64,000 nucleotides of DNA from Octopus vulgaris (lineage: Eukaryota): the NCBI GenBank assembly GCA_951406725.2, contig OX597814.1, positions 177,258,001-177,322,000 of the forward strand, given 5' to 3'. The translations under genes were made by a program, and so were the position numbers. A model generated the notes under the pieces. It made no database searches. It was not told the DNA's origin and saw nothing but the letters and a program-made list of their open reading frames with translations. This document shows, in pieces, positions 13,339-27,860 of the stretch. The stretch's first letter is position 1. Each line of letters begins with the position of its first letter.

Positions 13339-13621
13339 GTGACAGGTTAGTTTGGGAAGTTAAACAATTGTGTTCGGTGAAAAAGGTAGCAGTAGTAGCA
13401 ATAAGTGTCGGAGCCCTGGGGACAGTGAGCAAAAATCTCGAGAAGTACGTGGAACAAATATGGGCTGCAATAAGAGTGGAGCACTTGCATAAAACAACAC
13501 TGCTTGGAACCGCACGAATACTCCGGAAGGTGCTCGAAAAATAAGAGGTGTTACCTTAGTTCACTGGTAGTGAACAGCTGACACTGCAGTACATCTCCAA
13601 CGTTAGAAGCTGTGCAAAGGC

Positions 13622-13622
<1 letters not shown>
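13339..13622 (+). mobile_element. Third R4/Dong-type 3' fragment
   Basis: VGALGTVSKNLEKY...LLGTARILRKVLEK* followed by a UTR and (AAT)n. Confidence 0.85.
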
Positions 13623-13683
<61 letters not shown>

Positions 13684-13821
13684 TAATGATCCTGATGATG
13701 ACTTTGATACCTACCTAGCTACCTACCTACCTACCTACCTACCTACTTACCTAAATAACTATGTAACTTTTTTATCAGGTGCTTTTTCTTTTATCTTGAA
13801 ACAATTTTTTCATTTGTGTCT

Positions 13822-14160
13822 CACCTACATCTCTTTTGTTTCGGACATTATTCTCACTGTATTCTCACTTTGCCACTGTAAAAATTCTTTATCATTGAAG
13901 TCCACATCATGCAAATCAAGCAATTCTCTGACATGCTTGACGCCTGTTCTACACTTTCCAAGGTTTAAACAAATTTCAATGATTTTTTTCTACGATTCCT
14001 ATAAACGCAAAACGGATGCTTTCTCCTTACTTTATAGTAAATTTTTATTAGGTAATTCTTTCAAAAAAACTTTTGCTTTCGTCAACATTTGTTTGTCAAG
14101 ATAAGTACTATCATGGATACTTATTTACAATTCAGCAAGACATCTGGATTCTTCCTGATC
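13822..14160 (-). pseudogene. Possible decayed pogo/Tigger-like transposase C-terminal fragment
   Basis: A single minus frame with several stops includes KKIIEICLNLG....VKHVRELLDLHDVDFNDKEFLQ, similar to Tigger-type V.ELL..H..EL..EEL tails. Weak. Confidence 0.3.
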
Positions 14161-14729
14161 ATCATCGTCATCATTGTCGCCATCATCATCATCATTACCA
14201 TCATCGTCTTCGTCGTCGTCGTCGTCGTCGTCATCGCCATTTTTGTCGTCATCCATAACTGGTGTTTTTTCTGACGTCTTTAAGCGGTCGGAATTTTTCT
14301 TGCCATGCGTTTCCTTTACATTGTGATACATGTGTAGTAGAACAAGATAAATCTAATTCTTATATGCAGTATTCGACTTTGGAGGCAGACTGTTCACTTA
14401 ATGAAACTTGTAGTGGAGTGGTGCAATCACTCAATTTTTGTTACTTGCTTACGATAAGTGCACTGCAACATTGAACTGTCAATAACAGGACTAGAAATAA
14501 AGATCCTATTCAGCTATTTGACTAATATATCAACTCAGTCATCCTTGCTTTTATATATTTATATATTTCATTAAAATGAAAAAGATTCGTAAGATACTAC
14601 TTGAACTGTTAATTTATGTAGCACACGGGCTACATCTTGTTCATTAGCTACAATGAAAACTTAGGATGAGAGTAACGTCCACCATAATAAGGAATAGCTC
14701 TTATTATGATTACAGTTATGAAAGTATGA

Positions 14730-14870
14730 AGGCAGCGAGCTAACAGAACCATTAGTTCGCCGGGCAAATTGTTTATCGTCTGTCTTTTTATGTTCTGAGC
14801 TCAAATTCCGCTTAGGTCGATAAAAGAAGTACCAGTTGAGCACTGCGGTCGATGTAATAAACTAGACCAC
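14730..14870 (+). mobile_element. Family-A SINE, internally deleted
   Basis: Head GGCAGCGAGCTAACAGAA, TTCTGAGCTCAAATTCCG and AAGTACCAGTTGAGCACT. Confidence 0.7.
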
Positions 14871-15799
14871 TACACAACACCAAATATCATTATAGTTATA
14901 TAGAGCTTAGACCAACACAATATTTGAAGTCTGAACTATGGTATTTGAAACTAGTACCTGATCCAAACTCTTAGCTTTGATCTAAATCCTTGTCATCATG
15001 GACTTTGTAGTATGTTATGCGTCGTTATTTACTATTATCGTTGTAAACAGGATCTAATAGGCTGTGTGGGTGACCATCATCTAACACGGTGTTGATTTCT
15101 GGACGGATATCACCAACTTATCCTCGAGCTCAATATCCAAGTTGAACTCAGAGTGCATCACCAAAACTAGAAGATATCGCACAAATGACAAGCGTTCAAT
15201 TCCAGAAGACTTAAGGCTAAAACAAAGTGAGGACAGAAATCATTGGATGACTTCGCCCTCAATGCTGGTTTAATCGGTGAATTTTGCACTACCTGCACAA
15301 ATTCAGTTTCACTATTAGTACAAAACCGATCCAAGAACTGTCCAAAGAAAACTACGCTGATCCCAGTACAACGATTAATTATTTTCTCATACTCGAAAAC
15401 ATACATACACAAACACGTTGTATGGCAAGGAATGCAAACGTTTCTGCATGCTACGTACATATGCAATAGGATCGAGTTTAACAAATTCTATTAAGTAAGA
15501 ATACCCGAGCAATTAGACAGTTAATCAATAATTTCATTTGGTGCTATTCAAAATCTAAAAACAACTAGCAAAGGCGTTAACTCCAATCAAACCAGCAACA
15601 AAATTACTACTGACATATTCCTATATAATTAGACTTACTCAGTGTAATAAATTCTACTTAGTTGAAAAGATGTAAACTAGTATAGACACACACACATATT
15701 GTTTACGTTATAATAATTTAAAAACTTCGAGAGAACGAGAAATAATTCGCTTTCAGCGGGTGAGTTAGAAGTAGATAAACCTATAAAATAATCCTTTGT

Positions 15800-16005
15800 A
15801 ATATAAGCACAAGACCTATATGTGGGAGGAGGCTGGTCAATTACATCAACCCTAGTATCCAACTGGTACTTATTTTATCGACCCCGAAAAGATGAAAGGC
15901 AAAGTCGACCTCGGTGGAATTTGAACTTAGAATGTCTTTAAGACAGAAATAATGCCGCTAAGCATTTGGCCCGGCATGCTAACGTTTCTGCCAGCTCACT
16001 GCCTT
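15800..16005 (-). mobile_element. Family-A SINE
   Basis: Reverse complement of the family consensus. Confidence 0.85.
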
Positions 16006-16073
16006 AGATAAAGCTATAAATAATAGCGTGTAAATAGTGGGTTAAAAAGCCCTTTGGGTAAGAAAGGTTAGAA

Positions 16074-16145
16074 GGCTGCTTCTGAAGGTCGAACCTACAT
16101 CTTCTGTAAACGTAGCAGACATTCTATCACCGGACCGAAGAAAGC
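16074..16145 (-). pseudogene. Degenerate tRNA-like sequence (pseudogene or SINE head)
   Basis: 72 nt with A-box-like TCGGTCCGGTGATAG, TCTG..CAGA stem and B box GGTTCGACC. Stems are imperfect. Confidence 0.35.
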
Positions 16146-16339
16146 TGCGAAAATTTTTTTCCACTTTAGAAACATTGTTCTTACTAGCGAAAGTAGTACG
16201 TCGTTTACATCATCAGAATTTAGAAACTCAGAGCGAACGGAAAATAAACGGGTGGAATTCGAAGTAGAAATAGTGGGGAGGTTGTGAAACTGATTATTAA
16301 TACGAACAATGTAATTGCAAGGAAATGCATTTGAGCTAC

Positions 16340-16439
16340 ATACGTTTGTAATATTATTTGTTAAATACGTTGGGTAATACGTTTGTAATATTATTTGTTA
16401 AATACGTTGGGTAATACGTTTGTAATATTATTTGTTAAA
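16340..16439. repeat. 37-bp minisatellite, about 2.7 copies
   Basis: ATACGTTTGTAATATTATTTGTTAAATACGTTGGGTA repeated exactly. Confidence 0.9.
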
Positions 16440-16987
16440 AAACTTCTCTTTACTCTGGATATCTATGCAATATCTTCCTTTGGAGATTATTTAAAATAAC
16501 AATCAGATGAGTAAGCTCCAGTCAAATTATTTAATCAAAATACCTGTACATGGAAATGAATTTTGATTTTTATAGTCAATTAGTAAAAGTATCCGGCATG
16601 TTTTTTTGTTATTTGACTTCATCAGCGAAGGAAAACGATGTAGTATAATTGTTTATGAAACATGTCTATTGCTTTTAACAGCTGGCCTTAAAAATAAACT
16701 CACTCTCTTCTGCAGCGGTTATTTTTTCCCTAAAAGTTACTAGATTACTACATTTGCGTTATCTCCCATGATCTCTTTTTTTTTTGTTTTTCAAGTTTAA
16801 GTACTCTAGACAGAGATATTGTGAACTAGTTGCATGGATAACTACAGTAAATCAAAAAAAAAAATTCCCTGTATTACATTTGTGAGACCCTGTGGTATAT
16901 GTATCTAATAAACAGAACAGAGTACCGAAAGGTATTTCTTTTCGGAATTTTTGTTGATTTTTGCATTCATGTCACTATTTTCACACG

Positions 16988-17062
<75 letters not shown>

Positions 17063-17305
17063 TATATATTTTCTAAGTCTTAGTTTTGTCTACTAATTGC
17101 GCAAGTAACATCTTTGTCTAACTATATGACATATGCAAGCCCTACTAAATGTATGCATGTACGTAGCTATATTTGTATGTATGTATAAGTGCATGTATAT
17201 ATGTACGTATGTCAGTATGTATGTATATATGATTGTATAAATGCATGCATTGATATCTATCTATCTATCTGTCTATCTATCTGTTTGTCTGTCTGCATGT
17301 ATGTC

Positions 17306-17357
<52 letters not shown>

Positions 17358-17818
17358 TTACGGGTTGTGAATCCAACCCACCAAGGAATAATATCTATCC
17401 AATATACTGTTGGTAGAATACCCAATTATTAATACACAAGTGTTTTTTATTGCATTGCAATTACATTACCTAGTGTATTAAATGGGTGAAGGTAAAGAGA
17501 TATTTTACCATTAATCTATATTGCAAATAAGAATATGAAGGAAAACAACAGTTGGTTCATCAATTTTAGGACATTAAAAATGTTAACTTATTTATTAAAC
17601 TGAGCACGGAATTTTGTCAGTGAACAGGTCGCGGTCTCAAAGCGACGATAATATTTTGGCAAATTAAATTTAAATGTTGAAGTGAACCTAACGGTTTTTG
17701 TGTGTTTCTTAAATGGCTTTTAAGCACGTTCCAAGCTGCAATTGTTTTCATCCCAGCACACGATCTCAGATCAAGTCACTTGCTATACAAGTACATCTAT
17801 CCTATATATATATGTATG

Positions 17819-17885
<67 letters not shown>

Positions 17886-17889
<4 letters not shown>

Positions 17890-17980
17890 TAGAAAAATCC
17901 GCATTTTCTTAATTCGAAATTAAATATTAGATATAATTTAATTTTCCATTATTGAATTGATAAAAGGTGGGTTTTTTCTA

Positions 17981-18024
<44 letters not shown>

Positions 18025-18094
18025 ATTTTGTGAAATTTGATTTAGTATTTCTAAATTGAATTTTTCCCTGTAAGTTTGGAATAATATTCCCTCA

Positions 18095-18095
<1 letters not shown>
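17886..18095. repeat. Repeat module with internal (TA)n, shared with 4182-4480; 17886-17984 is an imperfect fold-back
   Basis: 4182-4235 matches 17932-17984 and 4410-4480 matches 18024-18095. Both run into (TTA)n at the same point. Confidence 0.8.
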
Positions 18096-18326
<231 letters not shown>

Positions 18327-18759
18327 TGACGGTACAAATTTATAAAATTTTGAGAGAATGTGAAATGATTATTGTTTGGAAATTTCTCGAAGCACACACT
18401 ATGAACGATAGCATGTAAGTATTGGATTGAAAAACACTTTTTGATAGAAAAAAGCTTAATTATAACTCTTCTTAACCATATGTAACAATAATTATTTGAA
18501 TTAGATATAACGTACAGCATTACTGAACTTCTATGGCGACTTAATGGGAATTCCCTTGCATTTCCAGATGTAGACACGTATGAACTAGAAGATATGTGCA
18601 GAGCGCAATGATGTTCAGTTAATGAACGATAAAAGAATAAGAATTATGAAACCACATTCATTAATATTCATCACTGTTTCAGCCCTAAGAAATTGCATGT
18701 ACTCACTCATACATCACTGCATATCCAAGCACGCACGCACGTACGCACGCACGCACGTA

Positions 18760-18791
<32 letters not shown>

Positions 18792-18895
18792 CCTTACACA
18801 TGGAAGAAAAAGGAGAGAAGTATGATATATATATATATTATATTACATTGACTTAAGCCGACAATTAAATGTATATATGCATGTAAATAAATAAA

Positions 18896-18937
<42 letters not shown>

Positions 18938-19138
18938 TATATATATATATACACACATATGCCTTACATATTTTTTCTGATGATGAGAGACACGAACAGT
19001 TTCGTTACATATTGGCAAGTGTCGGCTTATATATACATACATACGTACATAAATACATTCACACATATATACATACATACATACATACATATATAATACG
19101 TACATACATACATGAATACATTCATACATATGTATATG

Positions 19139-19197
<59 letters not shown>

Positions 19198-19632
19198 CGC
19201 ACTTACGTACATATATAATTATATATTTATATATATTTACGATAGAATAAAAATTAAAATCAGTTAAAGATGCATGTTTATAATGCCGTGCTTTCATTAT
19301 TCTTTATTGGTTTTTATGTTCATACATTTCATTGGAGTATTGAAAGTTCACACTGGAATCGCTTTACATTGTCTGTCTAGGTACTGAGCACTCGGTGACA
19401 TATGCATACGAAAAAAAAAATGTACACACAATCACGCATGGGTACATACAGGGGAACACAAATATATATATAAATATATACATACATATACACACACTCA
19501 TATAAATATATATATGTACATACACACGCATGTATCTATCTATATATATGTAGATATATATACATATATATATGTATATATATATATATGTATGCATATA
19601 GATAAATACTGTGTGTGTGTTTTGTGTGTTTT

Positions 19633-19704
<72 letters not shown>

Positions 19705-19988
19705 GCTTGTGTTATAGAAGGTAATAGTAATACTGATAGAACATAAGATATCAACATAAATAAGACTGACAGGTAGTTCTGCTATTTACTGTACTAACTG
19801 CATAAATTCCCTATAAATTCTACAATGATTGAAGCAGTTTAGAACACTCTTATATATTTATATGTATGTATGCATGCACACATGTATGTATGTATATATG
19901 TTTGCACGTATGTATGCATGTATGTATGTATATGTTTGTTTGTATGCATGCATGTATGTATGAACGTATGTATGAATGTATGTATGCA

Positions 19989-20032
<44 letters not shown>

Positions 20033-20134
20033 CGTATGTGTGTGTGTATATATATATAGATAAACACTGACATATATGTATATATACATATATATACACA
20101 CAAACATATATATATATATATACACTCAGACATA

Positions 20135-20165
<31 letters not shown>

Positions 20166-21026
20166 GTATTTATAATCACGTAAAAAAAATACAAATCAAA
20201 ATATACAGGTATATATCGGCCTGTTTGCGTAAAATACAACATTATAAAAATTACATAAACTGATTGGTGTTACGACACAAAAATGAAAGGTAAAACAGAT
20301 GCAGATGGGCATAAAAAAAGCAAGAAAACAATTTGATATCGTATAAATGGCCAAAAACAAACAACAAAAAAACAGTTATGTAATAATAGTAGTAACTGTT
20401 TCCATAACAATAACTCCACGAACAATATAGTTATTCTATTATTGTCGGGAATAAGGATTACGGTGATGATAATGATGACGTTGATTATGATGATGATATT
20501 GATAATAATGATGATGATAATGATAATGATGGTGATGATGATGATGATGATGTCTGTAAACTGTAATACGATCATTTAACAATTACAAAATACAAAATAT
20601 TACAAAATAATGAAAAGCAACCTTGTGGTGGTTTATTCAGTGAACATCACAGAGACACTGAACTGAATTGTTCTTAGATGTGTTTACAAAGTCTGCAGTG
20701 TTTACAATAGCGAGTTTGCGCATATATGTTTTAGATAAGAATTCACAGACACACCATGATCTGTCATACACACCCATACACGCACACAGAGACAAATAGG
20801 CGTTCGAACACACGCAAACATACACACATACACACACACACATACACATCTTGAATAATAATGATTTTGATAAGTGCCATGCTCAGAAGTCTCGGCCACT
20901 CTTGCAAAATTTTTGCCGAGTAAAAATATATTTTATATTCTCGTATTAAATACTGTCCCTTCCGTTTTTCCCACGAAACTTAATAATTACAACAACAATA
21001 TTAATATTCATAATAATAATAATGAT

Positions 21027-21098
<72 letters not shown>

Positions 21099-21726
21099 TA
21101 TAATAATAATAACGAGGATGATAATAATTTGAATATGCATATGTATAAGTATGCATGTATATATATGTATGCGCGCACGTGTATGTATATAATATATGTA
21201 TATATATATGTATGTATGCAGGTATGTATATACGTATAGATGCGAGTGTGAGTGTGTGTGTTTATATATATATATGTAGAAATTTTTGCTTTGGTATTTG
21301 TATGAATCATATACGAGTTAAACGGGACGGTGGATTGGTTATATAATTAGAGTTGGACAAAATGCCTTGCAGATTGAATTTCGGACTTACACGAATTGGT
21401 CTCGAATACCGTTCAAGCCGGTGCTGTCTTTCATCTTTCTGAGTTCGATAAAATAAAGCGTAAGTCGAGTACTGAGATCGATATACTCGACCTAACCCAT
21501 CCCCTCTATGATGATAAACATCGATAAAACTACTCAATGAAATATATAAATGCTGACCCCAGTTAAGCTCCAAAAGTGGGTGAGATAAATAAAAAGTAAT
21601 AATAAGCAAGAATATACCCGTTATTTGTCATACATAAATTTCTATTTCATATAGGAATTAGTGAACATTAGCGTCGTTACATACATACATTTAGACAGAA
21701 ACACGCGGCACAGGCATAAGCAGGGG

Positions 21727-22010
21727 CGCAGGTGTGGATGCTGGGACAAAATGTCTGTTTTGCAATCGTGTATTCCACTCGGCAGCTCCACTTTCTATTA
21801 GTATAGCCCTGACTGACCAATATATTGTGAGTGAATTTGGTAGATGGTTAACTGTCTTTACATCCCCATAGTTTTACGCACTTTAGTCATAAGACTGATC
21901 AGATAAGTATCAGGCTTAGAAAGTAAGAACTGAATCGATTTGATCAACTGAAATCTTTCAGACCGTGGCCCAGCATGTCGGATCGGATCCCCAGTAACTG
22001 ACACAAGTAA
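21727..22010 (+). mobile_element. Family-B SINE, diverged and deleted
   Basis: TGTGAGTGAATTTGGTAGA, ATAAGTA..AGGCTT and CCCAGCATG...ACAAGTAAA. Confidence 0.65.
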
Positions 22011-22031
22011 ATCTCTCTATATATATATATA

Positions 22032-22200
22032 GGGAGAGTTTACGAAAAAAACAGAAGACAGATGGTGTACAAAACAAACAGATGTATTAGTATAACGCTC
22101 AGGAATAGAAAAAGTCTTTTACGTTTCGGGCCTACGCTCTTCTACAGAAAGGGACACAGAAAAAACAAGGAGAGAAACAAGGAGAGAAAAAATGTGTGTA
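22032..22200 (-). mobile_element. Second copy of the same repeat, motif at 22116-22151
   Basis: Minus strand reads CTTT CTGTAGA A GAGC-GTAG-GCCC GAAACGTA AAAGAC. TA runs on both sides. Confidence 0.55.
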
Positions 22201-22383
22201 CTGGCTAACGATCTATCATAGCGATATATATATATATGTATTTATGTGTGTGTGTGTGTAAATACAAATATATATGTTTATGTATATATATGTATATATA
22301 TATATATGTATATACGTGTATATATATATGTAAATATGTATATATATATATAAATATATACATACATACACACATGCATACAT

Positions 22384-22422
<39 letters not shown>

Positions 22423-22435
22423 GACATATATATAC

Positions 22436-22514
<79 letters not shown>

Positions 22515-22524
22515 TATTATAAAT

Positions 22525-22617
22525 AAGGAGAATAGAGATTTGCATATCGATAATTTATTTTACATCATGTAAATAACTGTAAAAAAAATTATCAATGTGC
22601 AAATTTCTATTCTCCTT
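22525..22617. repeat. Imperfect fold-back adjacent to (TA)n
   Basis: AAGGAGAATAGAGATTTGCATATCGATAATTT pairs with AAATTATCAATGTGCAAATTTCTATTCTCCTT. Confidence 0.75.
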
Positions 22618-22815
22618 TGAATTAATGCTATTTTAGACTCTACTGGAACTTTGCAGTCCTGAGTAGGACACATCGAATTACAGAACGCGAAAAATTTACC
22701 AATGCCTAAAAACTTATTGTAGGCACGGGCAACGAACACGGACCGCTGTGTTAGTCGGCATCTGGAAGAGAACTGAGAGCAAACATGGTACCCGCCTGGA
22801 TAATATATCCTTGCA

Positions 22816-22922
<107 letters not shown>

Positions 22923-23904
22923 GTAAAACAAAACAAAAAAGAGATAATAGACAGCTTCCGACAATGCGCAGAAAGTTTAAACAAATACATTAATAATTCA
23001 GGCTCATGGCCCGTTAATCCATTCAAAGTCTCCAGGATTTTACATAACTGGACTTTTCTTAGACTGTTATTTTCCCCTGAAGATGGGACTTTGAACCCGA
23101 AATATGAAGTTTGTTGCAAAAAACTTTCCGCATTGTCAGAAGTTGTTTATTTTTCCCTCTTTACATCCTTCGATATTACAATGCTTTAAGCGATCTACAA
23201 CGCTTGTACATATATAACTGTTTGACTGAGCTTCACGTGACTTACACTTTCGCTGGAGTGTATGATGTTTTCATTACATCTGAAATCATCTGATTTCTGA
23301 TCAGAGGGAGGCATCCTACTCACCCAGGAAGCTGTAAGTCAAGTGGAGCTGAGCCAAATTGTTATTAAGAAGTATATGTCATTCTTACCAAACCAGTTGA
23401 ATGACACTTTCTTTATATATATATGTCAAGAGAGAAAGAGAGAGGGGAGAGAGAGAGTGTGTGTGTGATGTGTCTTTGTCTGTGTACTGGCCGTTTGTTG
23501 TCAGGTTTAAACAAATATCAATTATAGCATTATATACATATTTTTTATTCAGTATATTATTTGAAACACATTAAGTTTCTTGATATGAGTAAGTTATTTG
23601 ATTTCGTTTAGCTAGTTAAGCGCTAGCTATTTTCTTTTTTGCGCAGATTTGTTCACCAAAGGGCCAAGTTCTTGTCAGTGCCCATTTTGTGAAGAAATCG
23701 GAAGAAAACAAGGAAAATGGTTACTTCTTGAACTTGTAGAATTAGGACGCTAGTGTTGGCATATTCGTAAATAAGTCACTAACCGAAATAAGTGGATCTG
23801 TTGTTTAGGAAAATACCATTTATTTGTTCAAGTGTACTGGATAAATTGCGAAAATAACTCTAACTGTTCAAATACTAAGAAATAAGCATACTCAATTTCA
23901 TTTT

Positions 23905-24210
23905 TACTAGATAGGAATATGAATGGGTTATTTCCCTTGCCTATATATAAGGATCCCTTCCAGGTATAAATGTGTTATTTCCCTTGGCTTTTAAAATAAA
24001 ATATATTAGATATATATATATATAAGGATCCCTTCCAGGAACTCTATTATCGATTTTCTCAACAATCTGAGTATGTCATGAGGTTTCCAGATATGGGTTC
24101 TACTCACGTGTCAAGGTTCATCAAAATCGATTAAACGATGTTGGAGTAGTTAGCTATCAATTCCACAAACACACCCACGAACAGAATTTCCCACATATGT
24201 AGCAGATAAT
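23905..24210 (-). mobile_element. Possible degraded Helitron-like element with internal direct duplication
   Basis: ACTAG start, TTCATCAAAATCGATTAAACG and ACAAACACAC..GAT end resemble minus-strand non-autonomous Helitrons. TATATATAAGGATCCCTTCCAGG occurs twice. Confidence 0.3.
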
Positions 24211-24457
24211 GGGTTTTTATCCATTGTTAGTAGTTTTAAAATAACTGGCTTTTAGTAAGTTGCACAACTGCATCACGTCAATGACACTTCAGTTAACGAA
24301 AGTATATATAGCGTGTATGATGATAGATGTTTGCGCTTAATGACGACCATTTTGAAGCTTATGTTAATAATAGCTTCACAAGGTAAGTGTAACTAAAAAG
24401 ACCAACTCTAACAAGTTACATTGCGTCCTCTCACATTGATATATGAGGCATCTTTGA

Positions 24458-24548
24458 TCTACCTACCTACCTACCTACCTACCTACCTACCTACCTACCT
24501 ACCTACCTACCTATCTATCTACCTATCTATCTATCTTTCCATCTATCC

Positions 24549-24642
<94 letters not shown>

Positions 24643-24651
24643 GCATGTATG

Positions 24652-24710
<59 letters not shown>

Positions 24711-24789
24711 ATATATATACACATATGCATTCATGCATTTGTACGCACACCTATATCTATTCATCCATCCATTCATCATACATACATTC

Positions 24790-24830
<41 letters not shown>
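24458..24830. repeat. Compound (CTAC)n(TATC)n(TA)n(CA)n microsatellite
   Basis: Direct reading. Confidence 0.95.
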
Positions 24831-25529
24831 ACACGCAGACACATAACAGACACATAGCACACGCACACACACGTATACATAAATCGGTACGCACTTTGAT
24901 AGGGGTGTACACATGCATATATAAATAGTTTGACATAACATTTCTACACACATTTGTTTCTGTATGAATTTCAATGATGGGACTTTGTTTCTCCCAAAGG
25001 AACTGAACGTACATTATTAGAACAGAAGACACGTTGCCTGTGAACTTGGCTTTTAGTGAAGGATCACTTAAATGAAACATTATCACGAAAACAGTTACGT
25101 TGAAATTGAATTCAAGTGACCACATATTTTATATTTACCGAACAAAAGTATCAATACTTATTGATTAACACGACAATGTTAAATTAACACGACATGTTAA
25201 ATCTGCTGTTTTAGATAGTGTGGCTGTTCAACCCAAGCAAGAGAGACCACGTGAATGCTGGAAGGAAAAATCCCAAGCAATGAGATGAAATTTATTTCGC
25301 TTCAGTATATAACAGATACTAAAAAAGAGATACGTGAGTGTACGAAAGATACTCTATATGGTTCCTAGACGTGCAAGAAATAGGAACCAAATTACATCGG
25401 GTCATAAATATGTAGGGACACGTTGGATGATATGATTCAGGTACACTTTGAAAATAAAAAAAAATCGTCACGGTTGAACTGACTTTACCGTGGGTCTGTT
25501 CCATCAACAAGTACGAGTATACATTCTTA

Positions 25530-25589
<60 letters not shown>

Positions 25590-25948
25590 ATCTTTGGGCC
25601 TTGTGCCTAGGGTAGAAGAGATTATTATTAAATCTTAAATGTTTGAAAAAAATTAATATTTAGCTACAAGAAAGCTACTCATTCCTTTAGCGAAAAAATG
25701 GATCTGCAAGACTTTATCATAGTTCAACAGTTTATTGTCAACTGAATTAAATCAGCAACAATTGTTCTTAGAGAACAGTTTTTTTAAACATGACTAAACG
25801 ACATAACGGACTTCAGTTTTTAACTAGAACTACTTTCCTCGAAACTGACATCGGCAAGATTTGAACCTAGATACTATAGGGGGAGTGTAACAAAATACAG
25901 CAAACCATTTAGTACGAATATCCACAGTTTTAGAACAACTCATTTCCT

Positions 25949-26012
<64 letters not shown>

Positions 26013-26022
26013 TAATCATCAT

Positions 26023-26235
26023 CCTTTGTACTATGGGTACAAGGCCTTAAATTTTGGGAAGGGAGATGGTCGATTACATCGACCCCAGTACTCATCAAGT
26101 ACTTACTCCAGCGTCCCTGAAAGGATGTAAAACAAAGTTGAACTCGGCGTAATTTGAACTCAGAACGGAGGGGCAGACGAAAAACCACTAAGCATTTCGC
26201 CCAGCATGCCAACGATTCTACCAGTTCACCGCCTT
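26023..26235 (-). mobile_element. Family-A SINE
   Basis: Reverse complement of the family consensus, with (AAT)n adjacent. Confidence 0.85.
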
Positions 26236-26312
26236 TGATGATGATGATAATAATAATGATAATAATAATACGGCATTTCTTAAGATGCATGTAAATCACC
26301 TGTAATAATAAT

Positions 26313-26869
26313 AAATGCCCTGATGCAGTACCAGGCAGCAGCTCTATGGCTTCTGATCTTAACTGACTGGAAGTTTTATCATGTACATTGTTTTGTCTTG
26401 GTATAAAAGATGGGCTACAACAAATATTCTGCTCAATACCACAGATTTGCTTGTCAGTTGTTTGACCTTAACCAGTTGAGCATGCCCTTTGGTGGCTGAC
26501 GATATGTGCATCTTTGATCACGAGCAGAAGTAGTGGGGGAGCATCATAGCCATGTGATGAGAGGAATTCTTTGGGGTTTGAATAATTCACCTCTGGAAAC
26601 ATGGGTGTTTCATTCAACATCCTTAAACAACCCTTAATCAGGGACCTTTTGAGTGGGATGGGTTACCCGACCAGAAGAAAATTCTAACTGGGCCCCACCC
26701 GCAAGGTCATGTGCTGTTTATCTTGTTATGAGATCACCATGTCACGCACATATGGTTGTGATGCATGTACCTGGTGTACCCTTATCAGACGGGTTGTCAT
26801 GATGGGTATACTGGGCTTCGTATATTTTACTCCAGTGTCACTTTGATGGCATGCTCTGCTCTCTCAGTC
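26313..26869 (+). mobile_element. ~560-bp element, full-length copy 2
   Basis: Same 5' and 3' ends as 12722-13278, with an (AAT)n tail. Confidence 0.85.
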
Positions 26870-26924
<55 letters not shown>

Positions 26925-27860
26925 TAAAAATTTTGGTACGAGGCCAGCATTTTGGGGCGATGGGGTAAGTCGATTACATGGACCTCAGTGCTTAACTGGT
27001 ACTTATTTTATCGACTCTGGAAGGATGAAGGGCAAAGGCGACCTTGACAGAATTTGAACTCAGAACGTAAGGGCGGGCAAAATGCAGGTAAGCATTTTGC
27101 CTGGCGTGCAAACATTTCTGCCAGCTTACCGCCTTAATAATAGTAATAACCCATTCTACTACAGGCATAAGGCCTTAGCTTTTGAGGGAGGGGGCTAATC
27201 TATTACATCGATCGCAGTACTCAACTGGTACTTATTTCATCGACCCCGAAAGGATGAAAAGGAATGTCGACCTCGGCGGAATTTAAACTCAGACCGTAAA
27301 GACAAACGAAATGCTGTTAAGCAATTTGTTAGGTTTGCCAACAATTTTGACAGCTCATCGCGATAATATAATAATAATCATACTTCTTATATAATAATTA
27401 TTACATAGTCACAAGGCCACACACATTTAATAGACGAAACATCGATTTAACCAAATGCACAGTATTATCGAATATCGAAAGGACGATATGCAATGTCAAC
27501 CTCAGTGGCGGGGTTGAAATCAGAACGTATAGAATATGCAAAGAACGTAACATTTTGAATATTCATGGAAAATAGACGCACATTAACACGCACACACACA
27601 CATACACACACGCACACATATATATATATATTTCTTTACTACCCACAAGGGGCTAAACATAGAGGACACAAACAAGGACAGACAAACGGATTAAGTCGAT
27701 TACATCGACCTCAGTGCGAAACTGGTACTTTATTTATCGACCCCGAAAGGATGAAAGGCAAAGTCGACCTCGGCGGAATTTGAACTCAGAACGTACCGAC
27801 AGACGAAATACCGCTAAGCATTTCGCCCGGCGCGCTAACGTTTCTGCCAGCTCGCTGCCT
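26925..27860 (-). mobile_element. Tandem cluster of family-A SINEs (about 26925-27135, 27150-27362, degraded 27410-27530, 27628-27860)
   Basis: Repeated CTGGTACTTATTTTATCGACCCCGAAAGGATGAAAGGCAAAGTCGACCTCGGCGGAATTTGAACTCAGAAC. Confidence 0.85.

Noticed and set aside
13822-13990. Host exon on the minus strand
   Set aside because: The same frame continues upstream with several stops, so it is better explained as a decayed transposase fragment.
23071-23110. CTGAAGA-TGGG-actttgaa-CCC-GAAATAT hammerhead-like motif
   Set aside because: Core and stem II are present, but position 17 is G and stem I has no partner. At best a truncated remnant.
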